Positions 48,135 to 56,527 of a stretch of 64,000 nt of DNA are shown here, piece by piece. The notes beneath the pieces were generated by a model. The model was not told where the DNA came from. It did not search any database and saw only the letters and a program-made list of their open reading frames with translations. Origin of the DNA: Candidatus Latescibacterota bacterium (GTDB taxonomy: Bacteria; Latescibacterota; UBA2968; GCA-2709665); contig OZ252100.1 in assembly GCA_965248435.1 (NCBI GenBank), positions 1,728,001 through 1,792,000 on the forward strand, in the 5' to 3' direction. The translations under genes were made by a program, and so were the position numbers. How positions within the stretch are numbered: the first letter of the stretch is position 1; each line of letters begins with the position of its first letter.

Positions 48135-49837
48135 ACGTTCTCGGTATCCACGACGGCAAAGACGCCGGGGTATGTCTTCTGGTTGATGGGCGTCCCGTCT
48201 ACGCGGCGAATGAAGAACGATTCTCGCGAAAGAAGCTCCACTTTGGGTTCCCGTTTCTTTCCCTTCGCGATTTGATGGAGACCACGGGCGTCCGACCTCG
48301 GGAAATCGACCGAGTCAGCATCGGGTTCGAGGCCATGGTCGAGACAGAGGACTATCCCATCTATCGCGACATCGATGACGCCACACTCATTCAAAAGATC
48401 TTTGCAGGCACCGCGAGGCTTCTCGGTCCCGTGACCGCATCGAGGGCGTTCGTAGATGCCTCCAAACAGGTGCTCGCCTTTCTTAGCAGCAACAAGCAGG
48501 TCCTTCAAAAGTCCCTCAGGGAGTTCGGTATCGCGGCCCCGATCGAGTTTGTTGATCACCATCGAAGTCACGCCGCGTCGGCCTACTATACCTCCGGCTT
48601 TGGAGACGCCCTCATCGTCACGGCAGACGGAGGCGGCGACGGCCTCGCAGGAAGCATCTATACGGGGCGCGACGGAAAGCTGAATGCGCTCTCGGAATGG
48701 CCGCGCGTCCACTCCCCCGGGAATTTTTGGTTCCTGATTACCTATATCTGTGGTTTCAATCCGATCAAGCACGGCGGGAAGATCACTGGCTTGGCTGCAT
48801 ACACCGTGAGCGAAGAGGCTCACAGGGTCCTTTCCGAATTCTACGGCTACGATCCAGTCAACCTTTGCTTCGTCAACAAGAAGCATCTCCTGTTCAGGGA
48901 TGCCCACGTCGCGCTCCGGAATGCACTGGAAGGGTTTACGATCGAAGAAATCGCCTACGGTGCCCAGAAAGTCCTTGAAGACACAATGTTAGGCGTGATG
49001 CGGGCGGCGGTCGCGCGCACAGGGCTCTGCCGTGTTGCGCTGGCGGGTGGCACCTTCGCCAACGTTCGCTTGAATCAGAAAATCCTGGAATTGGACGGTG
49101 TCGAAGAGATCTTTGTCCATCCGCACATGGGTGACGGGGGTGTCGCTTTAGGCTCTGCGCTCAACGTGACCTCACGCATTACCGGCCTGCGACCTTATGC
49201 TATCGGGGATGTCTACTGGGGAAATGCTGCGCCGAATCGAACCATCCAGAAAACCCTAGAGAGTAGTCCTGTGGCTGTAAGGGAGCTACGCGACCCCGCG
49301 GATGAGATCGCCGATGCGCTCGCCCAAAAGAGAGTGGTAGGTCTTTTCAACGGCCGTATGGAATTTGGACCACGAGCCCTCGGCCATCGGTCCATTCTTG
49401 CGGAACCGACGGATCCCACGATGATGGACTGGCTCAACAAGCGGCTCGAGCGGACGGAGTTCATGCCCTTTGCCCCCATCATCATGGAGGAGGATGCACC
49501 GCTCTACTTCAAGAATCTCGATCCGGGGCGTTTAGCCGCGCGTTTTATGACGGTCTGCTTCGACGTAACAGATCACGGAAAGAAGATGGCACCAGGCATC
49601 GTCCACAAAGACGGCACAGCGAGACCGCAGATCGTCAATGCGGCACATAATCGCTATGTATACGATGCCTTGAAAAAGCACAAGCAGAAGACCGGACTGT
49701 CACTGGCAATCAACACGAGCTTCAACAAACACGAAGAGCCGATCGTCTGTCACCCCAGGGATGCGGTGCAGGAACTTCTTCGAGGGGGCGTAGATGTGCT
49801 ATTTATCGAAGATTACAAAGTGGAGAGGCAGACGTAA
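48131..49837 (+). CDS. Carbamoyltransferase (NodU/CmcH family), second paralog
   Basis: NEERFSR.K, HHRSH, DGGGD, GKITGLAA, GRMEFGPRALGHRS, VHKDGTARPQ, NTSFN. Confidence 0.94.
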   Translation: MNVLGIHDGKDAGVCLLVDGRPVYAANEERFSRKKLHFGFPFLSLRDLMETTGVRPREIDRVSIGFEAMVETEDYPIYRDIDDATLIQKIFAGTARLLGPVTASRAFVDASKQVLAFLSSNKQVLQKSLREFGIAAPIEFVDHHRSHAASAYYTSGFGDALIVTADGGGDGLAGSIYTGRDGKLNALSEWPRVHSPGNFWFLITYICGFNPIKHGGKITGLAAYTVSEEAHRVLSEFYGYDPVNLCFVNKKHLLFRDAHVALRNALEGFTIEEIAYGAQKVLEDTMLGVMRAAVARTGLCRVALAGGTFANVRLNQKILELDGVEEIFVHPHMGDGGVALGSALNVTSRITGLRPYAIGDVYWGNAAPNRTIQKTLESSPVAVRELRDPADEIADALAQKRVVGLFNGRMEFGPRALGHRSILAEPTDPTMMDWLNKRLERTEFMPFAPIIMEEDAPLYFKNLDPGRLAARFMTVCFDVTDHGKKMAPGIVHKDGTARPQIVNAAHNRYVYDALKKHKQKTGLSLAINTSFNKHEEPIVCHPRDAVQELLRGGVDVLFIEDYKVERQT

Positions 49838-49867
49838 GGAGGCGTGTGAGGAGACGAGCGGCTCGGA

Positions 49868-51709
49868 ATGATTCAGACCCGAAAGCACATTCCACAAATC
49901 CTCCTGGTTTCCGCATTCGCCATTGTCGCGTTCAGATGTGCCTGGGTAACAGATGACGCCTACATCACCTTCAGAACGGTTGACAACCTCATTCACGGAT
50001 ATGGACTTACGTGGAACACCGCTGACAGGGTTCAAACCTATACCCATCCCCTGTGGTTGCTTCTTTTTGCTTCCGTCTATTTCTTCACACACGAGGCATT
50101 CTACTCCAGCATATTTCTCTCCCTCTTCGTTTCAATCGCGGGCTTCTCGATATTCGTATTCGGTTTAACCTCCAACTTCAGATCGGCTCTTCTTGGTGCT
50201 CTGCTCCTTACAAGCTCAAAGGCGTTCGTAGATTACTCCACCTCCGGTCTGGAGAACCCGCTTTCCCACCTGATACTCGCCCTCTTTCTCTATTTCTACT
50301 TTAGGCGGTCCAGAAGTCGATCGACCCTCGTGCCCCTCTCGCTCCTCGCTTCTCTGGGAGCGTTAGCCAGGCTCGACCTCCTGCTCGTCTTCTTCCCATG
50401 CCTTGTCCATGCATTCCTGGCATCGCCCAAATGTGATAGAAAACCTGCGCTGATCGCCGGAGTCCTTCCCCTGATGTTCTGGGAGTTTTTCTCGATCGCT
50501 TACTACGGTTTTCTCTTCCCAAATACCGCCTACGCAAAACTGAATACCGGCATTGAGGGCTTCGAGCTTGCCGAGCAGGGCCTCTATTACCTATGGAATT
50601 CGCTTACGATGGACCTCATTACGCTGCCAACGATCGCGGTCGGAATTTCCCTCTCGCTTGCGAATAGGTCGTGGAAACACATCTCAGTCGCAGCAGGTTG
50701 CCTGCTGTATCTTGGGTATGTCGTGACTATCGGCGGCGATTTCATGAGCGGTCGGTTTCTGACTGTGCCCCTCTTCTGCTGCGCGACGCTGATCGCGAGA
50801 AGCGCCTTTTCGGAGCAAAGGCTCTGGATCCCATCGGCAAGTACGGCGCTTCTGGTCGGGCTCTTGTCTCCCTATACGCCTTTACTCAGCGGCGCTGATT
50901 ACGGAACGAAATCCGGAGCGGTGCGCGACAGAGGCATCGAGGACCAACGCGGATTTCTCTACCGGCACGCGGGCCTTCTGAACAGGAACGGGATCGGCGA
51001 ACCGACACATCATTGGGTAAGCGACGGTCTGGAGGCAAAACGTCAAGCGCCGTGTCTGGCAACTGAAGGTGCAGTAGGATATTATGGGTATTATGCAGGA
51101 CCCGAGGTACACGTCCTCGATGTAAATGCCCTAACGGATCCTCTTTTGGCGAGGATGCCTGCCTTTAGTCAGGTGGATTGGCGGATCGGTCACTTCGTGA
51201 GGAAGATCCCACCAGGATACAAAGAAACACTACTTTACGGACAAAATTACATCAGGGACGCAAAACTTGGAGAGTACTTCGATAAGCTGAGACTAATAAC
51301 GCGAGGGGACATCTTCGATGGGGACCGATGGGCTGAAATCTGGAATGTAAACAGCGGGCAGTATGATCATCTGTTGAACTTCGAGGCCTACAGACATCAA
51401 TACATTGGCCATCGGCTTGCAAAGCACGGCAGAAAGAAGGAAGCCTTGCGCATGCTCAAAACTTCAATTTCATCAGACACGACGCGTGCAGACGGCTGGT
51501 ATGTTACTGCAACGATTTGTCTGAAGGCGGGAGAGCTCGATAAAGCCCTTGATGCGCTAACCAGGGCAATCCAACTCGACCCGCTGCAGAACGTTTATCG
51601 GGACCAGCTCATTAATCTCGGCAGGGCCTACTACGCGGAAGGCCGCATCGATACAGCGCTGGCCATATACGACGAATTTCAAAGATTGAAAGCAATGCAG
51701 CCAAGATAG
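49868..51709 (+). CDS. AftB-like (arabinofuranosyltransferase-type) GT-C protein with C-terminal TPRs
   Basis: DDAYITFR, YTHPLW, TSGLENPL, PNTAYAK, GGDFMSGRF, LTDPLLAR, RIGH; TPR-like end (ALDALTRAIQLDP, NLGRAYY). Confidence 0.75.
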   Translation: MIQTRKHIPQILLVSAFAIVAFRCAWVTDDAYITFRTVDNLIHGYGLTWNTADRVQTYTHPLWLLLFASVYFFTHEAFYSSIFLSLFVSIAGFSIFVFGLTSNFRSALLGALLLTSSKAFVDYSTSGLENPLSHLILALFLYFYFRRSRSRSTLVPLSLLASLGALARLDLLLVFFPCLVHAFLASPKCDRKPALIAGVLPLMFWEFFSIAYYGFLFPNTAYAKLNTGIEGFELAEQGLYYLWNSLTMDLITLPTIAVGISLSLANRSWKHISVAAGCLLYLGYVVTIGGDFMSGRFLTVPLFCCATLIARSAFSEQRLWIPSASTALLVGLLSPYTPLLSGADYGTKSGAVRDRGIEDQRGFLYRHAGLLNRNGIGEPTHHWVSDGLEAKRQAPCLATEGAVGYYGYYAGPEVHVLDVNALTDPLLARMPAFSQVDWRIGHFVRKIPPGYKETLLYGQNYIRDAKLGEYFDKLRLITRGDIFDGDRWAEIWNVNSGQYDHLLNFEAYRHQYIGHRLAKHGRKKEALRMLKTSISSDTTRADGWYVTATICLKAGELDKALDALTRAIQLDPLQNVYRDQLINLGRAYYAEGRIDTALAIYDEFQRLKAMQPR

Positions 51710-51737
51710 TTCACACTCCGATCATTCGAGCTGATAC

Positions 51738-51782
51738 AAAAAGGAGCTGTCCCGGTCCCATGACCAGACGGCTCCTTTTTTT
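51738..51782. terminator. Bidirectional intrinsic terminator closing the island
   Basis: AAAAA-GGAGCTGTC...GACGGCTCC-TTTTTTT between convergent genes. Confidence 0.88.
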
Positions 51783-51808
51783 AGTTGAAAGCTGCTTTCA
51801 CTCCAGCC

Positions 51809-52168
51809 CTATTTCCCTAGCAGCCTCTCGATCTCGTCGATCACTTGGCCAACCTCGAACGGCTTTCGGATAAACCCTTTAGCGCCGGCCTCCTTCAAGC
51901 TCTCTTCTCGCTCGTCGTCTACGTTAGCAGACACCACGACTACCGGGATGTTCGCTCCCTTTTTCTGAATGAAGTCAAGGAATTGTTCCCCCGTGATTTC
52001 TGGCATGGACAAATCCAGTAAGATCATGTCCACGCGTTCCTTCGTCAGGAGGGAGACGGCCTCTCGAGCCGACGACGCTGTAAGAGGCGTTAGGCCGTAT
52101 GTGTCGATGATCTCTTCCAACAGTTCTACGACCGCCGGCTCGTCGTCCACAATAAGGATCCGTTTCAT
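51809..52168 (-). CDS. Single-domain CheY-like response regulator
   Basis: ILIVDDE, LLDLSMP (phospho-Asp), VVSA, KPF. Confidence 0.92.
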   Translation of the reverse strand: MKRILIVDDEPAVVELLEEIIDTYGLTPLTASSAREAVSLLTKERVDMILLDLSMPEITGEQFLDFIQKKGANIPVVVVSANVDDEREESLKEAGAKGFIRKPFEVGQVIDEIERLLGK

Positions 52169-52284
52169 CTATCGGCCTCGACCTGTTACACAGATTCACA
52201 CTTGTGCCCTGGAAATACAGAGTTCCCCAGGAATGTACGTTTACAAATGCAGCAATAACATAGAGTTGTGTAAACACTCTGTCC

Positions 52285-52300
52285 TGGCACGACGCTTGCA
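52285..52300 (+). promoter_or_regulatory. sigma54 promoter of the lipoprotein operon
   Basis: TGGCACGACGCTTGCA, full consensus match, 60 bp before ATG 52360. Confidence 0.85.
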
Positions 52301-52359
52301 ATTGTGATCATTCGAAACCTGGATCGGCAATTCCCATCGTTTCATTTGGGCATCGGATC

Positions 52360-53721
52360 ATGACACTTCGAATCCTAATATTATGTATGCCCGCGTTCTG
52401 CGTGAGCGCCTGTGGAACCTACGCCACTCACACTGGTGCCTTCCGTCGCAGTCTCGCGAACGAAGAATACGATCAGGCCGTTCAAAACTTGAGCAAATCT
52501 GGCCCTGATCGCCTGCTTTACCTCCTCGATCGCGGGCTCATTGCCCACTACCAGAGCCGTTACCGCCAATCCAACACCTTCTTTGAAGAGGCCGAGCGCC
52601 TCGCCGACCAGCTCTTTGCCCGCTCGGTAAGCCGTGAATTGACCTCACTCATCACCACTGATGCCGTGAAACACTATCGTGGAGAGGAATTCGAACTCGT
52701 CTTCATCCATTACTACAGAGCGCTCAACTACTGGTACCTGGGGTTTCCGGAAGATGCCCTCGTCGAGAGCCGAAAGGCGAATCTGAAATTGGCCTATCTC
52801 GCGTCCTCAGCGGACTCCGAGGCGAACTACAGGAACGACGCCTTCATACACTACATGACTGGACTCTTCTACGAGGCAACGGGTGAACTCAACGACGCTT
52901 ACGTTTCCTACGTAAACGCAGAAAAGGCATACGAGTTCTATGAGATGGCGTTCGAACTACCCCCGCCGAAGTCTCTCAAAAGCGACATTATCAAGGTAGA
53001 TCGGGCCCTTCACCGATCCGTGACCCCACACATCAGGTTTGCTTCGGCGACCCTCGATGACCTAGACACCACATCTAGAAACGGTGAGCTTGTCCTATTC
53101 TCGGAAATCGGCTTTGTCCCAAGAAAGGCAGAACGAGAAATCGATTTGCCATTATTCAGCAACGACATCGAATGGAAAGATAAACATCAAATCGAAAAAC
53201 TCTCAAGAAAAGTTGCGCGCCGATACCGAGCTCCCCATCCGCACTACCGGGAGGTTGAGTACTGGCTCCGAGTCGCCATCCCCACCTACATTGAACTCGA
53301 GCCCAGGACAAGATTCGTGAGACTCAGTGCCGCCGGTAGATCCGCTCAATCCGTTCCTGCTGAAGACCTTGCGGCCATCGCACGTCTTACGTTCAAAGAC
53401 AAACAACCGGCGATCCTCTCAAAGACGGTAGCACGCGGTCTCACCAAATATTTCGTCACCAGGGGGGCCAAAAGAAAGAACAAGCTTCTTGGGTTCTTCG
53501 CCAATCTCTTCGCGGCGGGCACAGAGGTGGCCGACACCCGAAGTTGGGTCTCATTACCTCACAACATACAGATCAGTCGCCTCGCGATCCCGCCTGGAGT
53601 TCACGATGTGAAGGTAGAAGCTCTGGACATCCACGGCAGCGTGATTACGGAAAGGATGTTCTCCGGGATTGAGGTCCAGCCTGGAGCCCGAACCTTTCTG
53701 AACTTCAGAACATTCAACTAA
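52360..53721 (+). CDS. COG3014-like lipoprotein
   Basis: Lipobox VSAC; LLYLLDRG, SNTFFEEAE, YRGEEFE, ALVESR, ADTRSW.SLP. Confidence 0.78.
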   Translation: MTLRILILCMPAFCVSACGTYATHTGAFRRSLANEEYDQAVQNLSKSGPDRLLYLLDRGLIAHYQSRYRQSNTFFEEAERLADQLFARSVSRELTSLITTDAVKHYRGEEFELVFIHYYRALNYWYLGFPEDALVESRKANLKLAYLASSADSEANYRNDAFIHYMTGLFYEATGELNDAYVSYVNAEKAYEFYEMAFELPPPKSLKSDIIKVDRALHRSVTPHIRFASATLDDLDTTSRNGELVLFSEIGFVPRKAEREIDLPLFSNDIEWKDKHQIEKLSRKVARRYRAPHPHYREVEYWLRVAIPTYIELEPRTRFVRLSAAGRSAQSVPAEDLAAIARLTFKDKQPAILSKTVARGLTKYFVTRGAKRKNKLLGFFANLFAAGTEVADTRSWVSLPHNIQISRLAIPPGVHDVKVEALDIHGSVITERMFSGIEVQPGARTFLNFRTFN

Positions 53722-53742
53722 TCGCAAGGATAGGAGGAAGAC

Positions 53743-54546
53743 ATGATTAAAAGAACAGCCGTTCAGACGGCCCTACTCTCGTTCTTGCTCCCGATCCCCT
53801 TTTCGTTCGCCGCCGACGTGCCTACACGGGGTTCGGTTGTCAACATCGTGGAATGGGATGGTGGGCAACTCCCTCCTGTCTACGAGCGGTCGAGTCAACT
53901 GCCGCTCACGATGGAGGATATCATTCAGCTCAGCAGGAGCGATTTCTCGCCGGGGGCAGTCGCCCGAATGATACAGGAGCGCCGATATGCGGGCGACGTC
54001 TCGGCGAATGGGCTCATCGAAATGAGAAGTGCAGGCGTCGCGCCGAACGTCTTGCAGGCCATCTCCCTTCACGCCCTCGCCCCAAACCTGCGACTCCATC
54101 TGAGCATCCAGGTGAGCTTCGAGGGCACCTCGTCGCAGGCTCGGAGGCGTTATCTCTACGTCCTGATCCCCGACGGTGAGATTGAGAGGGTCTTCACGGC
54201 AGACCTGGCCACACTCCTTACCGGACACTGGCAGCGAGATGTCCAGCTGGACCTTACTGACCCCGTGCTGCCCAAGCAGGTCCGGCAGCTCACGTTCTCG
54301 GGGAGCGTGCCCCTCAAGCGCTACGGCCAAAAGAGGATCCGAGTCCTCACGTCGTCAAAGCCCGATGTCTACAATTCGGGTGACATCCCGGATTCTGAAA
54401 AGGACGGCGTTCAGATACACCTGATCGATTATCCCAGCAGTTCTCTTCGACAGGATTGTCGGCTCTTCGTTCGCTTCAGACAGGATAGGGTAATTCCCTA
54501 CAAGTGGGAAATGGGTGGATCCTACGTAGAATGTGAGTGGAACTAG
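53743..54546 (+). CDS. Secreted hypothetical protein
   Basis: RBS AGGAGG; signal peptide ending SFA-A; LTMEDIIQLS...GLIEMRSAGV repeat-like segment. Confidence 0.7.
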   Translation: MIKRTAVQTALLSFLLPIPFSFAADVPTRGSVVNIVEWDGGQLPPVYERSSQLPLTMEDIIQLSRSDFSPGAVARMIQERRYAGDVSANGLIEMRSAGVAPNVLQAISLHALAPNLRLHLSIQVSFEGTSSQARRRYLYVLIPDGEIERVFTADLATLLTGHWQRDVQLDLTDPVLPKQVRQLTFSGSVPLKRYGQKRIRVLTSSKPDVYNSGDIPDSEKDGVQIHLIDYPSSSLRQDCRLFVRFRQDRVIPYKWEMGGSYVECEWN

Positions 54547-54566
54547 ATCGAGAGGAGGAGATCAAA

Positions 54567-55157
54567 ATGAAAACTGCAATCAGCCTGTCCGCCCTTTTGT
54601 TCATCCTTGGATGCGCCGGTCCCCGGGCCTTTACAAAGGGCACCTATCAGGACCCTGAAGCCATCGCCCTTCTTGACGATCGCTTCAGCGAGAACGACAT
54701 GCAGCTCATCGCGAAGAAGATTGTCGGTTCCTTTGTTGCCTCGGGGCAGAAGATCGATACCGGTGAAGCACCCGTTATTATCGTCGGCAAAATGAGGAAC
54801 CGTACGACTGAACACATCGACATGAAAGCCCTGTCGAACAAGGTCCGGACAGCACTCCTGCAAAGCGGCCAATACCGATTCACGGACGTGGAAAACCGCC
54901 GAGGCATTGCAGAGGAGTACGACTACCAGCAGTCCGGATATGTCGATCCGAGCGAAGCGAAAGGGCCTGGAAGCCAGGTCAGTGCCGACTTCTTGCTCAC
55001 AGGCACGCTGACGTCCAACGTCCAGCAGGTTGGGAAGAACAAGCTGGTCTACTACAAGGCGACCTTCCACGTCACGGATCTCCTCACGTCAGAAATCGTC
55101 TGGACAGACGAGAAAGAGATCCGCAAATCTTACAAGAAACGGAGCATCGGAATCTAA
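54567..55157 (+). CDS. Penicillin-binding protein activator LpoB-like lipoprotein
   Basis: Lipobox LGC; RNRTTEHID, ADFLLTG, EIVW.DEKEIRK; RBS GAGGAGG. Confidence 0.82.
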   Translation: MKTAISLSALLFILGCAGPRAFTKGTYQDPEAIALLDDRFSENDMQLIAKKIVGSFVASGQKIDTGEAPVIIVGKMRNRTTEHIDMKALSNKVRTALLQSGQYRFTDVENRRGIAEEYDYQQSGYVDPSEAKGPGSQVSADFLLTGTLTSNVQQVGKNKLVYYKATFHVTDLLTSEIVWTDEKEIRKSYKKRSIGI

Positions 55158-55177
55158 CATTGGGAAGGAGGTTGCAC

Positions 55178-55708
55178 ATGAAACGCCTCTCAGTAATCTT
55201 TGTCCTGCTCCTGATCTTTGGGTCCGAAGTCCAGGCGCAGGAATCCGGGCGGACCGACGGTCCCGAGGGGAGTGAATTCAACAAAGGCGGGTATCCTTTC
55301 GGGGGTCCGCCGGGTCGATTCTACCTGGACTCTACATTCGGATCAGGCGTCTCATCGAGCCTGTCTGGTCTACTCTATGGATTGGATATCGGATTTGAAA
55401 AAGATGAGTGGCTGGGGATAGAGGGAAGTTATACCTATCTCTCGGATCGTAAGCTGTCCATCATCCATCTGGGTTCCAGACTCGCCTACCCGACGGAACC
55501 TTTCGTCTATTCCTTTACCACACACGCAGGCCTGTATACTTCGGGCGAAGGAGACAGCCATTTCGGTATCGCCCCAGGGGCGGAAATCGACGTGATTCTG
55601 AACGATCGGTTTCGAGTCGGGCTGAGCTACAAACACGATTTTATCTTCGAGAACAACACGACAACAGAACTGGACAGGGTCACCGCGGGGCTGCGTTTCT
55701 ACTTTTAG
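55178..55708 (+). CDS. Small outer-membrane beta-barrel protein
   Basis: Signal peptide VQA-Q; alternating strands; C-terminal AGLRFYF beta-signal. Confidence 0.75.
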   Translation: MKRLSVIFVLLLIFGSEVQAQESGRTDGPEGSEFNKGGYPFGGPPGRFYLDSTFGSGVSSSLSGLLYGLDIGFEKDEWLGIEGSYTYLSDRKLSIIHLGSRLAYPTEPFVYSFTTHAGLYTSGEGDSHFGIAPGAEIDVILNDRFRVGLSYKHDFIFENNTTTELDRVTAGLRFYF

Positions 55709-55714
55709 TAGCGA

Positions 55715-56308
55715 TTACCGATCGCCAAGACAGTCCACGAGGGCCTGGCTGATATCAAAAAGGATTCTATGGGGAGTATTGGAAACATCGATGCGTCTAA
55801 GCTTGTCCATCGTATAATGCGCCAGCGTCTTTTCGGTCTGGTGATCGTAAACCTTGAACCGGTTCTGAATAACTTCCTCGTTCGCATCGTCTACGCGATG
55901 ATCCAGCAGCGCCCGCCCGTAGAGTCGCTTGACCAGTATATCTCTATCGGAACTGTCTAGCGAGAGAATCAGGCGCACGTCCAGATCCTCCTCCACGGCC
56001 TCGGCCTGGGAGAGCGTGCGGGGCAGACCGTCCAGCACGAGTATGTGCTTATCCGGGTCAAACTTTCCCGAGGACATCAGATTCTGCATGTGCTTGTGCC
56101 AGAGTTGAATAGTATATTCATCCGGCACAAGCTCTCCTTTCCTGATACACGACAGCGCAAGTTCTCCCATCTCGCTGTGCGGAGAAAGGGACCGAAACAT
56201 ATCTCCGCTCGATACGTGGCAAAATCCTGGAATCCTCGCCAGGATGTCACCCCACGTACCTTTGCCCGAACCGGGCGGGCCAAAGATCAAAATCGTTCGA
56301 TAGTGCAT
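55715..56308 (-). CDS. adk: Adenylate kinase (short LID type)
   Basis: GPPGSGKGT, HVSSGDMFR, GELVPD, LDGLPRT, RVDD. Confidence 0.88.
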   Translation of the reverse strand: MHYRTILIFGPPGSGKGTWGDILARIPGFCHVSSGDMFRSLSPHSEMGELALSCIRKGELVPDEYTIQLWHKHMQNLMSSGKFDPDKHILVLDGLPRTLSQAEAVEEDLDVRLILSLDSSDRDILVKRLYGRALLDHRVDDANEEVIQNRFKVYDHQTEKTLAHYTMDKLRRIDVSNTPHRILFDISQALVDCLGDR

Positions 56309-56435
56309 CAGGCCTGAATCCCTCCAGTCAAAAACTTGTTGATGAAACAAACGAATCGGCCCGAAAAAATCAAGCCCTTTCTGGGTCGATAAACAAACGA
56401 ACAACGCATCCACTTGGAAATCGCAATTGGAAAAG

Positions 56436-56474
56436 CAAAAAACCCCACGTGGATTCGAGTTCGCCACGCAGGGT
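56436..56474 (-). terminator. Intrinsic terminator after fliM
   Basis: Minus strand CCCTGCGTGG-loop-CCACGTGGGG-TTTTTT. Confidence 0.78.
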
Positions 56475-56527
56475 AATCAAAGTATCCTTTTTGGTCGGAA
56501 GCTACATCTCGACTCCTCAGACCCGGT

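Noticed and set aside
48107-48907. Long antisense or alternate-frame ORFs (e.g. 48107-48907, 14636-15337, 36127-36816, 57737-58405)
   Set aside because: They overlap well-supported genes and show no motifs; shadow ORFs expected from codon bias
52169-52176. GCCGATAG on the minus strand just before the response regulator ATG as a sigma28 -10
   Set aside because: No TAAA-like -35 at 15-16 nt, and it abuts the start codon; better explained as the RBS spacer after GAGG
56309-56467. N-terminal extension of the adenylate kinase ORF
   Set aside because: Runs through the fliM terminator and intergenic DNA; the Adk fold starts at ATG 56308
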